Positions 38,301 to 47,621 of a stretch of DNA of 64,000 bases are shown here, one piece after another. How positions within the stretch are numbered: the stretch's first letter is position 1; the number at the start of each line of letters is the position of its first letter. Under the pieces are notes generated by a model. That model saw only the letters and a program-made list of their open reading frames with translations, had not been told where the DNA came from and did no database searches. A program made the translations under genes and the position numbers. The stretch comes from Myxococcota bacterium (GTDB lineage: Bacteria > Myxococcota_A > Polyangia > Nannocystales > Nannocystaceae), in the NCBI GenBank assembly GCA_039028615.1, contig JBCCHT010000016.1, positions 128,001 through 192,000 of the forward strand, in the 5' to 3' direction.

Positions 38301-41300
38301 GGGTTGCCGGTCCTCGGTCTCCCAGTTGGTCGCGGGGGCATCGGGCTTGGTGGCCTCGGTGGGCGCACGCAGTCGCTTGAGCTCGCGCCAGAAGCTCTCC
38401 GGCTGCGGTCGCAGGGACAGCACCCGGGCGGCGGCGTAGCGCTGGGCCGGATCGTCGCTGGCCAGCACGGCGACCAGCACGTTGAGCAGGGCGTCGCGCT
38501 CCTTTTCTTCGGGCCACTTCTTGAGCTCGGAGGCGCGGTCCGGCTTGGGCGGCCCGACCAGCTCCTGCGCCAAGGGCCCCAGGGTCTGGGCCGAGTCGCG
38601 GGCTTCGAGGGCCCGGGCGGCGACCAGGCGAATCTCGGGATGCGAGGACGCGATCGCGGCGAGCAACAAATCGGGCGGCAGATCGACGCGGGCCAGCGCC
38701 AGGTCTCGGGCGACCACGACCGCGAACACCAGGTCTTGGATCTGGCGGTCGTCGTCCTCGAGGCCCTGCAGGATGCCGCGGATGCCATCGGCCCCCAGGG
38801 CGACGAAACTGAGGATCGCGCCGAGGCGGATGGGGTGATGGTGATGCCGCAGGGTACCGGCCAGTACGGGCACGGCCCGGGCATCGCCCATGCGCGCGAG
38901 GCCCTCGGCGACCCAGCTGCGCACGGGCAGATCCGGGTGCGACAGCGCGGTGACCAGCGGGCGCTCCTGGCCGGGCACGACCGCGCCGGCCAAGCCACGG
39001 GCCCCCATCTCGCGAACCACTCCGTCGGCGTCGTCGAGCAGGGTCACGTAGTCGGCGATGGCATCCACCGCGCCCACGTCGGCCATGGCCCGAGCGCCTT
39101 GCTGCCGCAGCGTGTCGGAGGGGCGATTGATGTCGCCTTCGGGGATGGCCAGCAGCGCTCGCATCGGCGCGATGGCTCGGTCGTCGCGACGCTTGCCGCA
39201 CAGCTCACCCGCCCGCACGCGCAGCCCCCAGAACTTGCTGGAGAAGGCGGTATTGAAGGCGGCCTGATCCTTGGGCGCGAGCTTGTCGATCGCCTCGATC
39301 GCGGCCAGGTGCACGGCGGGCGCCTCGTCCTCGAGCAGCTCGACCAGGCGACTGCGGAGTTTGTCGGCGCTGCCCTTCTTGGCGCCCTTGCAGCCCGCCG
39401 CACGCACGGCCGGCCGCGGCGAGCCCAGGGCGAGCAGGTGCACGGCATCGTCGGCGGCAAAGGCCTTCTTGCGGGTCTTGCTCTTGCCGTCGATCAGCGC
39501 CTTGTAGGCCGCCAGACCCACGTCGGCCACGGCATCGGAGATCAGCTCGCGCAGCAGCGTGTCGGCCCAGTCTCCCTTTTGACGATCGAGCTCGTCGGCC
39601 ACCCGCTCGCGGATGTCGGCGTGTCGCGACTGAGCGGCGCGGCGCAGGACGGTCTCGGGCGACTTGCCGTGCCACGCCCACAGGGTGCGGAAGGCTTCGC
39701 TGCGCACCGAGTCGTCTTCGTCGTCGAGCGCATGGCCGAGCAGGACGTCGGCTTGTTCGCGAGTCCGCCCGCCTTGTCCCGGGCCGAGTTTGACCAGGAT
39801 CTGCAGGGCTCGACGTCGGATGTCGGCGTGCCCACCACCGAGCGCGGTCGCGGCCAGAGACACGGCGCCACGCTCCCCGTCGGGCTCGGCGAGGGTCTGT
39901 AGCGCTTCGTAGGCCGCCGAGCGCACGGAATCGTCGGTGTCGTCGAGCAGCCAACGCAAGCGAGTGCGCAGGCGCTCGTCGCCGGCCATCACGGTGGCGG
40001 TGGCCACCAGGGCGCCCACCACTTCGCGACGGACGGAGGAATCGGCCTCGCGCGACAGCTGGAGCAGGGCACCCGTGGAGCGAGCGTCCCCCAGTACGCC
40101 GAGGCCCCGAGCGCCGCGCAGCGCGGTGTCGGCATTGCGGCAGACCAGCGCGGCGAACAGCGGCGCGAGATCGTCTTCGTCGGGCGTGCCCTCGAGCGCG
40201 GGGTTGGGCCCGAGCGCGCCCTCCTTCTCGAGCTTGACCATCGAGGCGTGCAGCCGCGTGTCGACCCGTCGCAGGGCGCCAGCCAGCGTGGGCCGCCCGG
40301 CAATGGCGACCAGGAAGGCCACCCGACGCACCTCGGAGTCTTCGTCGTCCAGCGCCTCTTCGACCAGCGCATAGCCTTCGCCGTCGCGGGCCAGCCCGCG
40401 CGAGCCGAGGCGGCGCAGGGTGGTGGCTCGCACGTCGGCGGGGCCTCGGGCCAGCGCCGTACGGGCGGGCTCGAGCGAGGTCTCGGGCTCGAGGCTCTCG
40501 AGGGCTTCGAGCGCGGCGTGGCGGACCTTGGCTTCGCCGTCCTGCAGGCGGTCGGCGATCATCGCCGGGACCATCGGGGAGACGTCGCGCAGCTTGGGCA
40601 GCCGCCGCAGGGCCTCGATCCGAATGCCGGCGAAGCGAGAGCCGAGCGCGGCTCGGGCCGGAGCGAGGGGCTCGTCGGCTTCGAGCTTGGTCAGCGCCTC
40701 GAGGGCGACCTTGCGGACGTCCTTTTGCTTGTCGTTGAGCGCCTCACGCAGGGTGGGCCGGCTACGACGTCGACCCGAGCGCCCGATGATCTTGGCGGCC
40801 AGCGACCGCACCTCGGGCTTGTCGTCCTTGCGCAGCGCCTTGTCGAGCATGCGCCGCGCGTCGTCCTCGGGCAGCGACCCGAGGGCTTCGAGCGCGGCCT
40901 GCCGGGCCTTGGGGCTGCGGGCCTTGAGCTCGTCGCGAAGCTGCGCGAAGCGGCCGTCGACGCGATCGAAGTCTTCGTCGATCTCGCTGTTCGCGTTGGC
41001 GGTGAGCACCGTCAGGCGGCGCTTCTTGTCGGCGACCACGAGCAGGCCGCCCTGCTTCTCCGGCTTGGCGCGGGAGCCGGGGGGCAGCCAGGTCAGCGCA
41101 CCCAGCCCGGACTTGCCGATCTCGAGGCTCTTGGGCTTGCGCCGCGTATCGAGCTGCCACGACTTGAGGCTGCCGTCGTCGCTGATCGAAAAGATTCGCT
41201 GCGGTCGCTCTTGCCCGTGGTCGTCGCGCAGCCGCGGCCCCAGCACCAAGCCACGAACGGCGCCGTCGTGCCCGGCGTCTCCGGAGCGGTTCTCCTCGTC

Positions 41301-41972
41301 GACCGCGCCGTCCAGGTAGTAAAGACGCACGGAACCATCGCCCGCGCCCGCGACGACTCGCCCGTCATCGGTGGCGACCAAGCTGTAGACCCCGCCTTCG
41401 GCCCCCGGCATGTCGCGGAGCGTGCCGCCCTCGACGTCGTCCATGGGCAGCGCCCGGAGCACGCTGTCGTCGCCCGAGACGATGAGCCGTCGTCCGTTGG
41501 GCTCGATGGCCGCGCACTGCAGGGGTCGCGCGCTGACCTGCCGCGAGCCCTTGGCCTTCAGCGCGGGCGTGGCCGACTCGACGGTCAGCTCGAACACGTG
41601 CACGCGACCGTCCTGGGTGGTGACCACCAGGTGTTTGCCCGTGGTGTCGCGCGCGAACGCGGTGACCGGGCTGCCGAGCTTGGGCTCGGAGAAGCGCAGG
41701 TCTACCGACTCTTTGCCGACCTCGATCCCGTACAGCGTGCCGTCGATGCCGCCCGCGACGAGTAGATCGTCGGCGAGGAAGCTCAGCGCGGCGATGGCCG
41801 AGCCGACCTCGACCGCGGCCTGCTCGGTGAGCTTGGTCGAGGACAGGATGTGAACGCTGGAACTCGAGACGGCGTCCGTGTCACGGGCCCCGGCGTACGC
41901 GAATAGACGGCCGGATAGCGAGCCCGTCACGGCTCGTACCCGCTCTACGTGGGAAGCGAATTTGCGAGTCAT
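35346..41972 (-). CDS. Giant WD40 + HEAT/ARM-repeat protein (2208 aa)
   Basis: First ~335 aa WD40-like (SGDDSVLR, GAGDGSVRLY, GHDGAVRGL, SISDDGSLKSW); the rest is many LxDxxxxVRxxA HEAT repeats. Confidence 0.88.
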   Translation of the reverse strand: MTRKFASHVERVRAVTGSLSGRLFAYAGARDTDAVSSSSVHILSSTKLTEQAAVEVGSAIAALSFLADDLLVAGGIDGTLYGIEVGKESVDLRFSEPKLGSPVTAFARDTTGKHLVVTTQDGRVHVFELTVESATPALKAKGSRQVSARPLQCAAIEPNGRRLIVSGDDSVLRALPMDDVEGGTLRDMPGAEGGVYSLVATDDGRVVAGAGDGSVRLYYLDGAVDEENRSGDAGHDGAVRGLVLGPRLRDDHGQERPQRIFSISDDGSLKSWQLDTRRKPKSLEIGKSGLGALTWLPPGSRAKPEKQGGLLVVADKKRRLTVLTANANSEIDEDFDRVDGRFAQLRDELKARSPKARQAALEALGSLPEDDARRMLDKALRKDDKPEVRSLAAKIIGRSGRRRSRPTLREALNDKQKDVRKVALEALTKLEADEPLAPARAALGSRFAGIRIEALRRLPKLRDVSPMVPAMIADRLQDGEAKVRHAALEALESLEPETSLEPARTALARGPADVRATTLRRLGSRGLARDGEGYALVEEALDDEDSEVRRVAFLVAIAGRPTLAGALRRVDTRLHASMVKLEKEGALGPNPALEGTPDEDDLAPLFAALVCRNADTALRGARGLGVLGDARSTGALLQLSREADSSVRREVVGALVATATVMAGDERLRTRLRWLLDDTDDSVRSAAYEALQTLAEPDGERGAVSLAATALGGGHADIRRRALQILVKLGPGQGGRTREQADVLLGHALDDEDDSVRSEAFRTLWAWHGKSPETVLRRAAQSRHADIRERVADELDRQKGDWADTLLRELISDAVADVGLAAYKALIDGKSKTRKKAFAADDAVHLLALGSPRPAVRAAGCKGAKKGSADKLRSRLVELLEDEAPAVHLAAIEAIDKLAPKDQAAFNTAFSSKFWGLRVRAGELCGKRRDDRAIAPMRALLAIPEGDINRPSDTLRQQGARAMADVGAVDAIADYVTLLDDADGVVREMGARGLAGAVVPGQERPLVTALSHPDLPVRSWVAEGLARMGDARAVPVLAGTLRHHHHPIRLGAILSFVALGADGIRGILQGLEDDDRQIQDLVFAVVVARDLALARVDLPPDLLLAAIASSHPEIRLVAARALEARDSAQTLGPLAQELVGPPKPDRASELKKWPEEKERDALLNVLVAVLASDDPAQRYAAARVLSLRPQPESFWRELKRLRAPTEATKPDAPATNWETEDRQPRKRGWVRRLLEQVRDDGAGTLTERVLEVLRFVGGPRPQAAPPASDAPIDRAAIVQLVFGTYVGLVRQAPTRGESDETHRVRRDALARLGVLAKRPEVGRPAVLPVLRRALSDPHHLVRKAALTTLRGLYSDGDTVPLGLALQSQASDVGRGAVDELVGLALGGHKEAHALALRAVDAPAAEVRRHAVTVIQRLFESGSLEPWLVALGSRHTDVRLSVVDRLVDSSDPRVDEALRRALESDHEDLRLRAAEALASRGEARTVDVLSAFLRREEERIARRALQSLVALAHARPDEPNADKARDAAARAVAARIEDDPDKTANRGGLIDALARIGSKAGEGVLLSLLTDDDSAIRLRAFNALMTLATHPTEGPRKLATGGKRLRYDDAQALAYLERSALSSDEDLRNRTVTVLRDVDDAGAEPLLARLLEDRSPEIRVAACEALAFRAEHVEGASLEALAIALREGRRELVLPAAAGLAGRRRPEAFQALLLVLKAAEQPERERALLALGTLGDRRALEDIEPLLDPDAEITDEDRALAPAAIESLGRMLPHLGEQDEHQRIRDLVEQTAREGSSRLRTRALTGLRYAGDERSRSVLEAALADRFEDASVRLHSVRELGELGETASESVLAEALDDDNRQVRQAAAKALGRLFSTERTRTNLLALRSRHADISAPAATFLARHGDSVTLVARMGEIDNADVRRRLRRGLVRRGECPDDSVRALLTGDSDTARADAAWIAGASGHDALAKDVATAAKRAADAWVKAHGAALGDDAQSRATLASHAAAWRASLWASRRLGEVGQDAARIAVAQAEAPPFVRREALRLLTTHGKDSDVKAAQDLLSDPDAGVRRAAAQLVSTRAPDKTPKVLGAQTVADAAAIAPVAAAALERDADKLLASDASRSVLLPTVLGDRKVESLTTLAQTSGKGAGRLTAIGSLGRLGGDDARKTLEGILAQSSEPEPVRKAAYRALRRLQRQHARAESFASA

Positions 41973-41981
41973 GGGCGAATG

Positions 41982-44777
41982 TCAGGAGGCGGCGAGGGAA
42001 CCGAAGCGGCGGCGGGAGGAGGTACGAACCGGAGTCGTGCTCGGCGACAGGCTCGTGCCGAAATCGGGGTGGGCGCGGCGGATGCTGGCCAGCGCGGCGA
42101 TGCAGCCGTTGCGCTCGCCCTTGCCCTCGGAGTGGGCGAAGGCCTCGAGCACGGGCAGGGCGAGGTCGGCGAAACCCCGGTCCTCGATGCCGAAGTCGCG
42201 GATCACCTCGATGAGCCGGGCCTTGGCGACCGAAGAGGGCAGCGGGCGATCGGGCAGCGAGTCCCCGCCCTGGTGCTCGCGTCGCTCCATGCGTCCGGGC
42301 GGCAACCCGAACAAGACCGTCCGCAGGAACTCGCGCAGGGCCTCGGTGGTGTCGAAGCGTCGCTCGGCGGGATCGGGCGCGGGCGTGTCGTCGGCCGGGG
42401 TCACGTAGGCGTTGGGCCGGTGCTTTTCCCACAAGAGGCGCACGGCAAAGAGCCGGACCTCGCGGTCGGGGCTCTCCATGAGCCAGGCCAGGCGCTCGGC
42501 CCCGCCGACCTGCTGATAGGCGCGACGGATGAGGGTCAGGCCGATCTCCCGCGTCGACTTGATGGAGCTCTCCGCCAGCATGAAGACCTGGTCGGGCAGC
42601 AGCCACTGTGCGGGCGGGGCGTCCTCGGGCGCGTCGGGCTGAGCCAGGCGCAGCAGCACTCGGCCGGCAGCGGCCCGTGGCTCGCGGTGGCGGCTATGCG
42701 CCAGCCGGTAGGGCAGGGTCTCGTCGCCCCAGCGGACCATCTCGTGGCGGGCGATGTCCTGGGCGAGGCGGCGCACATCGGAGCGGCCGTCGTCGAACAG
42801 CGGTCGCACCCGGCCGATGGCGTAGTCGGCGTGCTTGAGCCGCGGCTTGATGCCGTAGTCCTTGGCCTCCTGCATCGTGGGGCCCGCGATGGGGTGATGC
42901 ACCCGCAGGTAGGTCCCCGCGAAGGCTCGCACCGTCTCCGGCTCGGACGAGCCCGAGGCCAGCGACCACAGCTTGTCGAGCCCGGTCTGCTCACCCGTGG
43001 CGCCGAAGTCCTTGGGCGAGAAGTGCTCGAGCATGTAGCGGTGGGCGAAGCCGTTGAGGCTCTCGTCGGCCTGCCGCACCATGGTCAGCAGCCAGGGCAG
43101 GCCGACCTTGGCCGGCTTGACGAACTTGGGGTTGCCGAGCACGTCCAGGGCCATCGCGCGCAGTCGCGGTCGCATGACTAGGCCCTTCATCCACTCCACG
43201 TCGAGGGCATCGCCCTTGAGCATCCCGCCTCGCAGCCAGCGGCTGACCCAGTCGGTGTACTTGTGGTTGAGCAGGGCCTCCTTGATCCACTCGATCCCGA
43301 TCTGCGAGCCGGGGTAGCGGCCGAGGCTTCGCAGCACCTCGCTCTGCTTCCAGCGGGACAGTCGCTTGTCCTCGAGCAGGGCAAGCCAGTGCTTGGCGGG
43401 GATCTTCTTCTTGGCCTCGTCGTAGAGCTTGGTGACGAAGCGCTGCTGCTCGCGGTTGCCCGTCCACAGCACGATGAACGACTCGGCATCGATGTCGTCG
43501 GGGCCGAAGGTGGCCTTGATCTTCTTGGCGGCCATCTTGGCCGTCTCGCTGCCGCCGAGCAGCCGCACCAGGGCGGGCAGGCCCAGCTCGCGGGCGTCGC
43601 GGGAGCCGAGGCGCTCGGCGGCGAGCTTGCGCACCTCGGACGCACCCTCGGTGGCCAAGCTGACCAGCATCTCCACCGACAGGTCGGGGGCATGGTTGCG
43701 GGCGTACTCGATGGCGAACTTGCGGGCGTCGCTGCTCTCGGACCGCAGCAAGGAGACGGCCAGGTCGTGCAGGCCGAGCCCGGCGAGCTTCGAGGGGTGG
43801 AAGCGCGGGTCGTCCTTGAGCACCTTGGCCACGAAGTCGTGCACCGAGGCCAGGGGCTTGGCGCCGAGGCGGGCCAGCCAGGCCGGCTCCACTTCGCGCA
43901 GGGTCTTGGGAAAATCGCCGGTCAGGCAGCGGATCGCGAATTGGCAGACCTCGTTGTTGTCCGCGTCCTCGAGCAAGCGCAGCACGGGATCGGGCGAGAG
44001 CTTCCAGGCCTTGGGGTAGGCGCGCTTCTTGAGGTCGGTGGGCGGGCGGCCCAAGCCGCCGCGGCCCTGGCCGCGCAAAATCTCGTGGCCCCAGATCTGG
44101 CTGGCCACCCACGAGGCCCAGAAGTTGAAGCGACGCGGGTAGCGACGCAGCACCTGCACGGCGAACTGCGGGTAGGCCTCGGGCACCGCGTTGCCGAGCT
44201 GACGCAGGTATCGCCACGCCCGACGCTGCATATAAAGGAAGGTGCCGGGGCTGACCTCACCGGACTTGGTGGGCGTCTGGCCCATCGAGTCGAGGCGCCA
44301 GGCGATGACGCCGAACATCTCCGCGTCGTGGCGCTCTTCAGCGAGCTTGTAGACCTGCTTGAGCCCCTGCCATAGGCCCCAGCCCACGCGAGCGCGGGTG
44401 AAGATTTCCTCGAGCGCAGCGCGGGCGGGCTCGTCTCCGGCTTCGTACAGCTCGACGAGCAGCGGTCCCAGGCGCAGGCGTGGCGGGGGATGAGGGGCGG
44501 CGAGCAACGAGTCCCACGCCGACTTGCGGATCGATCGCTGCTCGTCCGCGGGCTTGTAGGTCAGCCTCCCGCCGCCGACCGTGCTGCGCAGACGCTTGAG
44601 CGTCCATGCATCCCGCGACAACGCGGGGACCGACGCACTGGGGTCGGCCGTCTCGTCTCGATCTTCGGGAGGGTCGGCCTGATCCATGTAGCGGATCACC
44701 AGCTCGGCGAGCTGGGGATCGCGCTGTTGTGCCGCGCCCTCGATATCCGTCCAGGTGACCTCACGCTCGCTCGCCAT
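41982..44777 (-). CDS. Large helical-repeat (ARM/HEAT-like) hypothetical protein, first gene of the retron-linked block
   Basis: 931 aa; TFLYMQRRAWRYLRQLG, DVRRLA, ESPDREVRLFA; 9 nt from the downstream HEAT gene. Confidence 0.75.
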   Translation of the reverse strand: MASEREVTWTDIEGAAQQRDPQLAELVIRYMDQADPPEDRDETADPSASVPALSRDAWTLKRLRSTVGGGRLTYKPADEQRSIRKSAWDSLLAAPHPPPRLRLGPLLVELYEAGDEPARAALEEIFTRARVGWGLWQGLKQVYKLAEERHDAEMFGVIAWRLDSMGQTPTKSGEVSPGTFLYMQRRAWRYLRQLGNAVPEAYPQFAVQVLRRYPRRFNFWASWVASQIWGHEILRGQGRGGLGRPPTDLKKRAYPKAWKLSPDPVLRLLEDADNNEVCQFAIRCLTGDFPKTLREVEPAWLARLGAKPLASVHDFVAKVLKDDPRFHPSKLAGLGLHDLAVSLLRSESSDARKFAIEYARNHAPDLSVEMLVSLATEGASEVRKLAAERLGSRDARELGLPALVRLLGGSETAKMAAKKIKATFGPDDIDAESFIVLWTGNREQQRFVTKLYDEAKKKIPAKHWLALLEDKRLSRWKQSEVLRSLGRYPGSQIGIEWIKEALLNHKYTDWVSRWLRGGMLKGDALDVEWMKGLVMRPRLRAMALDVLGNPKFVKPAKVGLPWLLTMVRQADESLNGFAHRYMLEHFSPKDFGATGEQTGLDKLWSLASGSSEPETVRAFAGTYLRVHHPIAGPTMQEAKDYGIKPRLKHADYAIGRVRPLFDDGRSDVRRLAQDIARHEMVRWGDETLPYRLAHSRHREPRAAAGRVLLRLAQPDAPEDAPPAQWLLPDQVFMLAESSIKSTREIGLTLIRRAYQQVGGAERLAWLMESPDREVRLFAVRLLWEKHRPNAYVTPADDTPAPDPAERRFDTTEALREFLRTVLFGLPPGRMERREHQGGDSLPDRPLPSSVAKARLIEVIRDFGIEDRGFADLALPVLEAFAHSEGKGERNGCIAALASIRRAHPDFGTSLSPSTTPVRTSSRRRFGSLAAS

Positions 44778-45052
44778 TTAGCCTCGCGTTGCCCGAAAAT
44801 GGGGAGCGCAGATCGTCGGGGAGTGGCGCGTAGATCGCAACCACAAAGATCGAGGAATGTCCGAAAACCGGTCTGTGAGCCGGTCGAGCGAAGTCGACCC
44901 TCCGGGGTCCGTTCGAAGCGATGGCCCAGAAAAGGCACGGCCGTCTTCGAGAACACATTCGAAACTTCGTAATCAGCCTTCGACATCGCCCTCCTTTTTT
45001 GGTGGGGCTCGGGAAGGGTCGCGGCGGGGCCCGTCTTGTAGACTTCTTCGCG

Positions 45053-45517
45053 ATGGCCAAGGCAGTCGTGGGTGAGGGAGGGGTCGACGTTCGGGGGCAG
45101 TGTTACTGCGGTGCGATCAAGTATCGGGTGAAGATCCCCGAGGGCGGGTCGTCGATCTTCACCGCGTATTGTCACTGCGACAGCTGTCGCCGGGCCCACT
45201 CCGCTGCGCTCTACCAGATCGCGGCCGTCGACGAGGACCACCACGAGTTCACCGAGGGCGCCGAGAACCTGCAGGAGTTCCACAAGCCCGGGGCCAAGGT
45301 GACGCGCGCCTTCTGCCGCGTCTGCGGTTCGAAGATGCTCAATCGTTTCCCTGGGTGGAAGCCCGGCGGGAAGGTGCCCGTGGGGATCTTCCCCAGCACG
45401 CTCGAAGAATCGGCCCAGCACGCGCTGCCCGAGGTTCTGCAGGCGCAGCACCACAACTGCCGCGAAGAGACCGTGCTGTCCACAGCGATGCTCCAGGACT
45501 TCATCGCCCACGGCTGA
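45053..45517 (+). CDS. GFA/CENP-V family protein
   Basis: GQCYCGAIKY, CHCDSCRRAH, RAFCRVCGS. Confidence 0.88.
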   Translation: MAKAVVGEGGVDVRGQCYCGAIKYRVKIPEGGSSIFTAYCHCDSCRRAHSAALYQIAAVDEDHHEFTEGAENLQEFHKPGAKVTRAFCRVCGSKMLNRFPGWKPGGKVPVGIFPSTLEESAQHALPEVLQAQHHNCREETVLSTAMLQDFIAHG

Positions 45518-45585
45518 GCGCCGCGGGGGCGCCCGCTTGCCCGGGCGGGGTCCTTGGGGCATAGATCCGCCCCAGGACCTTCGAG

Positions 45586-45993
45586 ATGAGCACTCCCGAC
45601 CACGATGCCGTGCTGGCCATGAATGCGTGCTTCTACGCCGCGTTCGACGACAAAGACCTGAACGCGATGGGCACGGTGTGGTCGAGCGAAGCGGAGGTGA
45701 CCTGCGTGCACCCGGGCTGGCCGCCCATCCGGGGGCAGGAGGCGGTGATGGCCAGCTGGAAGGCGATCTTCAAGGGCGACGGCGATGCGCCGACCTGCGA
45801 CGGACCGAGCTGCCACGTGCACGGCGACTCGGCCTACGTGCTGTGTCGCGAGCGGCTCGGTGGCGCGGTGCTCATCGCCACCAACGTGTTCGCCCGCGAA
45901 AACGGGGCGTGGGTGCTGGTGCACCACCACGCGTCCCCGCTGGCCCGGGTCCCGGCCACGCCCGACATGGACCCCGAGTTCCTGCCGAACTGA
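45586..45993 (+). CDS. SnoaL/NTF2-like protein
   Basis: FYAAFDDKDLNAM, CVHPGWPPIRG, ATNVF, WVLVHHHAS. Confidence 0.88.
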   Translation: MSTPDHDAVLAMNACFYAAFDDKDLNAMGTVWSSEAEVTCVHPGWPPIRGQEAVMASWKAIFKGDGDAPTCDGPSCHVHGDSAYVLCRERLGGAVLIATNVFARENGAWVLVHHHASPLARVPATPDMDPEFLPN

Positions 45994-46002
45994 AGGCCGG
46001 GC

Positions 46003-47418
46003 TCAGGTGCCCGCGCCGGCCTCGTGGGCCTTGCGGGCGCGGCGTTCGATCTCGCGGAGCCGCAGCTTCTCTCGCTCTTGTTCTTCTTTCCACTGCGCTT
46101 CCATCCGCGCCTGCTCGGCTTCGAGGTCGGCCAGGACGGTGACGTCCTCGAGCAGCTGGTCGATGTTGGCGATTCGGTCGCGGGCATCGGCGGCTTCGAC
46201 CGGGTAGCGATCGCCCGCTTCGGCGGCAAAGCGACGGAAGTACTGCTGAGCGTCGCGGAAGGGCGTGCCGTCGAACTCGGTCTCGCCTTCGTCCCCACCT
46301 TTTTTGGGCACCTGCGACCGCAAGGGGGCGATGTGCTCGTGGTAGAGGATGCCCAGGTTGTACAGCGCGCGAGGGTCGGTGGTGTCGAGCTTCTGCGCGG
46401 TGAGCAGGGTCTGCTCGGCGCCGTCGAAATCCCGTAGCCCGCGTTGCGCCACGCCCAGACCGAGCAGCGCGACGACGTCCTCGCGGTGGCGCTCGTTGTC
46501 GAGGGCTTGCCGTAGGCTGGTCTCCGCGGTGGCGTAATCGCGGAACCGCAACGCGATCATGGCGATGTTGAGGTGGGCCTCGGGGTGCTCGGCGTCGACG
46601 CGAGTGGCCTGCTGAAACGCCCGCAGGGCGCGGATTTGGTCGCCGTCTTCCATGAGCAGCAACCCGCGCAGGTTGTGCAGCTCGGCGCTGGCCTGGTCTT
46701 GCTCTTGGAGGATGCGCGTGCCTTGGGTGATGACCAGATCGGCGAGCAGGAGGTACGAGCGCTCACCCTCGCGGCCACGGTCGTAGTAGAGCCGCGCGAG
46801 GTTTTCGTAGGCGAGCCGATTGTCGGTGTCGAGCGCCAGCGCGGTGCGGAGGGTCTTCTCGGCCCGCTGGAAGTCGGTGGCGTCGCCGCCGTGCCGGTAG
46901 CGATGACGCAACGCGGCGGCGAGGTTGTTGCGGGGCTCGGTGGCCTTGGGATCGAGCCGGATCGCCCGGTTGAAGGCATCGACGGCGTCGTCGACCCGTT
47001 GCGCCTGCCAGTGCAGGACCCCGAGGTTGTTGTAGGCGGCGAAGTACTTCGGGGCCTTGGCGATGACCTCCTCGTACATCTTCACCGCGTCGTCGCGCAT
47101 GTGGCAGAGGTCGAGCACGACGGCGGCGTTGAAGATGCCGAAGACGGAGGCTGGTACCGCGCTGTGGTAGGCGTCGCGGAAGGCCTGGCTGACCGCGGTG
47201 CACTCCGATGGCGTGAGCTGACCGTCGGCTTCGGCCCGTGCCAGCGCCTCGGCGGCGGCATCGAGCTTCTCGCGGACGTGCACCTGCTGAATGGGAACGG
47301 GATGGGGCCCTTGGTCGTCGATGGGAGGCGTGGGCGTGGTGGAGGGGCGGCACGCGGCCAGGGCCAGGGGGGCGCCCAGGGCCAGCGCGAGCGCGGCGTT
47401 GCGAATGGAAGGGAACAT
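46003..47418 (-). CDS. TPR lipoprotein (possibly GltE/AglT-like)
   Basis: Lipobox LAAC; many TPRs (AYNNLGVL, ALYNLGILY). The gliding-motility assignment is tentative. Confidence 0.75.
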   Translation of the reverse strand: MFPSIRNAALALALGAPLALAACRPSTTPTPPIDDQGPHPVPIQQVHVREKLDAAAEALARAEADGQLTPSECTAVSQAFRDAYHSAVPASVFGIFNAAVVLDLCHMRDDAVKMYEEVIAKAPKYFAAYNNLGVLHWQAQRVDDAVDAFNRAIRLDPKATEPRNNLAAALRHRYRHGGDATDFQRAEKTLRTALALDTDNRLAYENLARLYYDRGREGERSYLLLADLVITQGTRILQEQDQASAELHNLRGLLLMEDGDQIRALRAFQQATRVDAEHPEAHLNIAMIALRFRDYATAETSLRQALDNERHREDVVALLGLGVAQRGLRDFDGAEQTLLTAQKLDTTDPRALYNLGILYHEHIAPLRSQVPKKGGDEGETEFDGTPFRDAQQYFRRFAAEAGDRYPVEAADARDRIANIDQLLEDVTVLADLEAEQARMEAQWKEEQEREKLRLREIERRARKAHEAGAGT

Positions 47419-47621
47419 CGTAGGGCTCCAGTGCCCCACGAAACGACGAAGCCGACCCGGAACGGACAGGTCGGTCTTCGTCGTCCGCGGGAGTGGATCG
47501 AGGAAGGACGGCCGATTACACGGGAGGCGGCGGCCGTGGGTTCCCGGGAGAAGTTCGACAAAGTGATGATCCGATGGACGGCGGCCGGCTCTACCCAGCC
47601 ACGATGTCTCGTTTTTGTGCG

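Noticed and set aside
35823..39902. 1359-aa plus-strand ORF and similar long ORFs (20762-22966, 26561-28474, 28607-31183, 53972-56533)
   Set aside because: Antisense or off-frame shadows of well-supported genes in high-GC DNA; no motifs.
1..44777. Functional link between the Rtc RNA-repair locus and the retron
   Set aside because: They are separated by about 26 kb of unrelated genes; nothing in the sequence ties them together.
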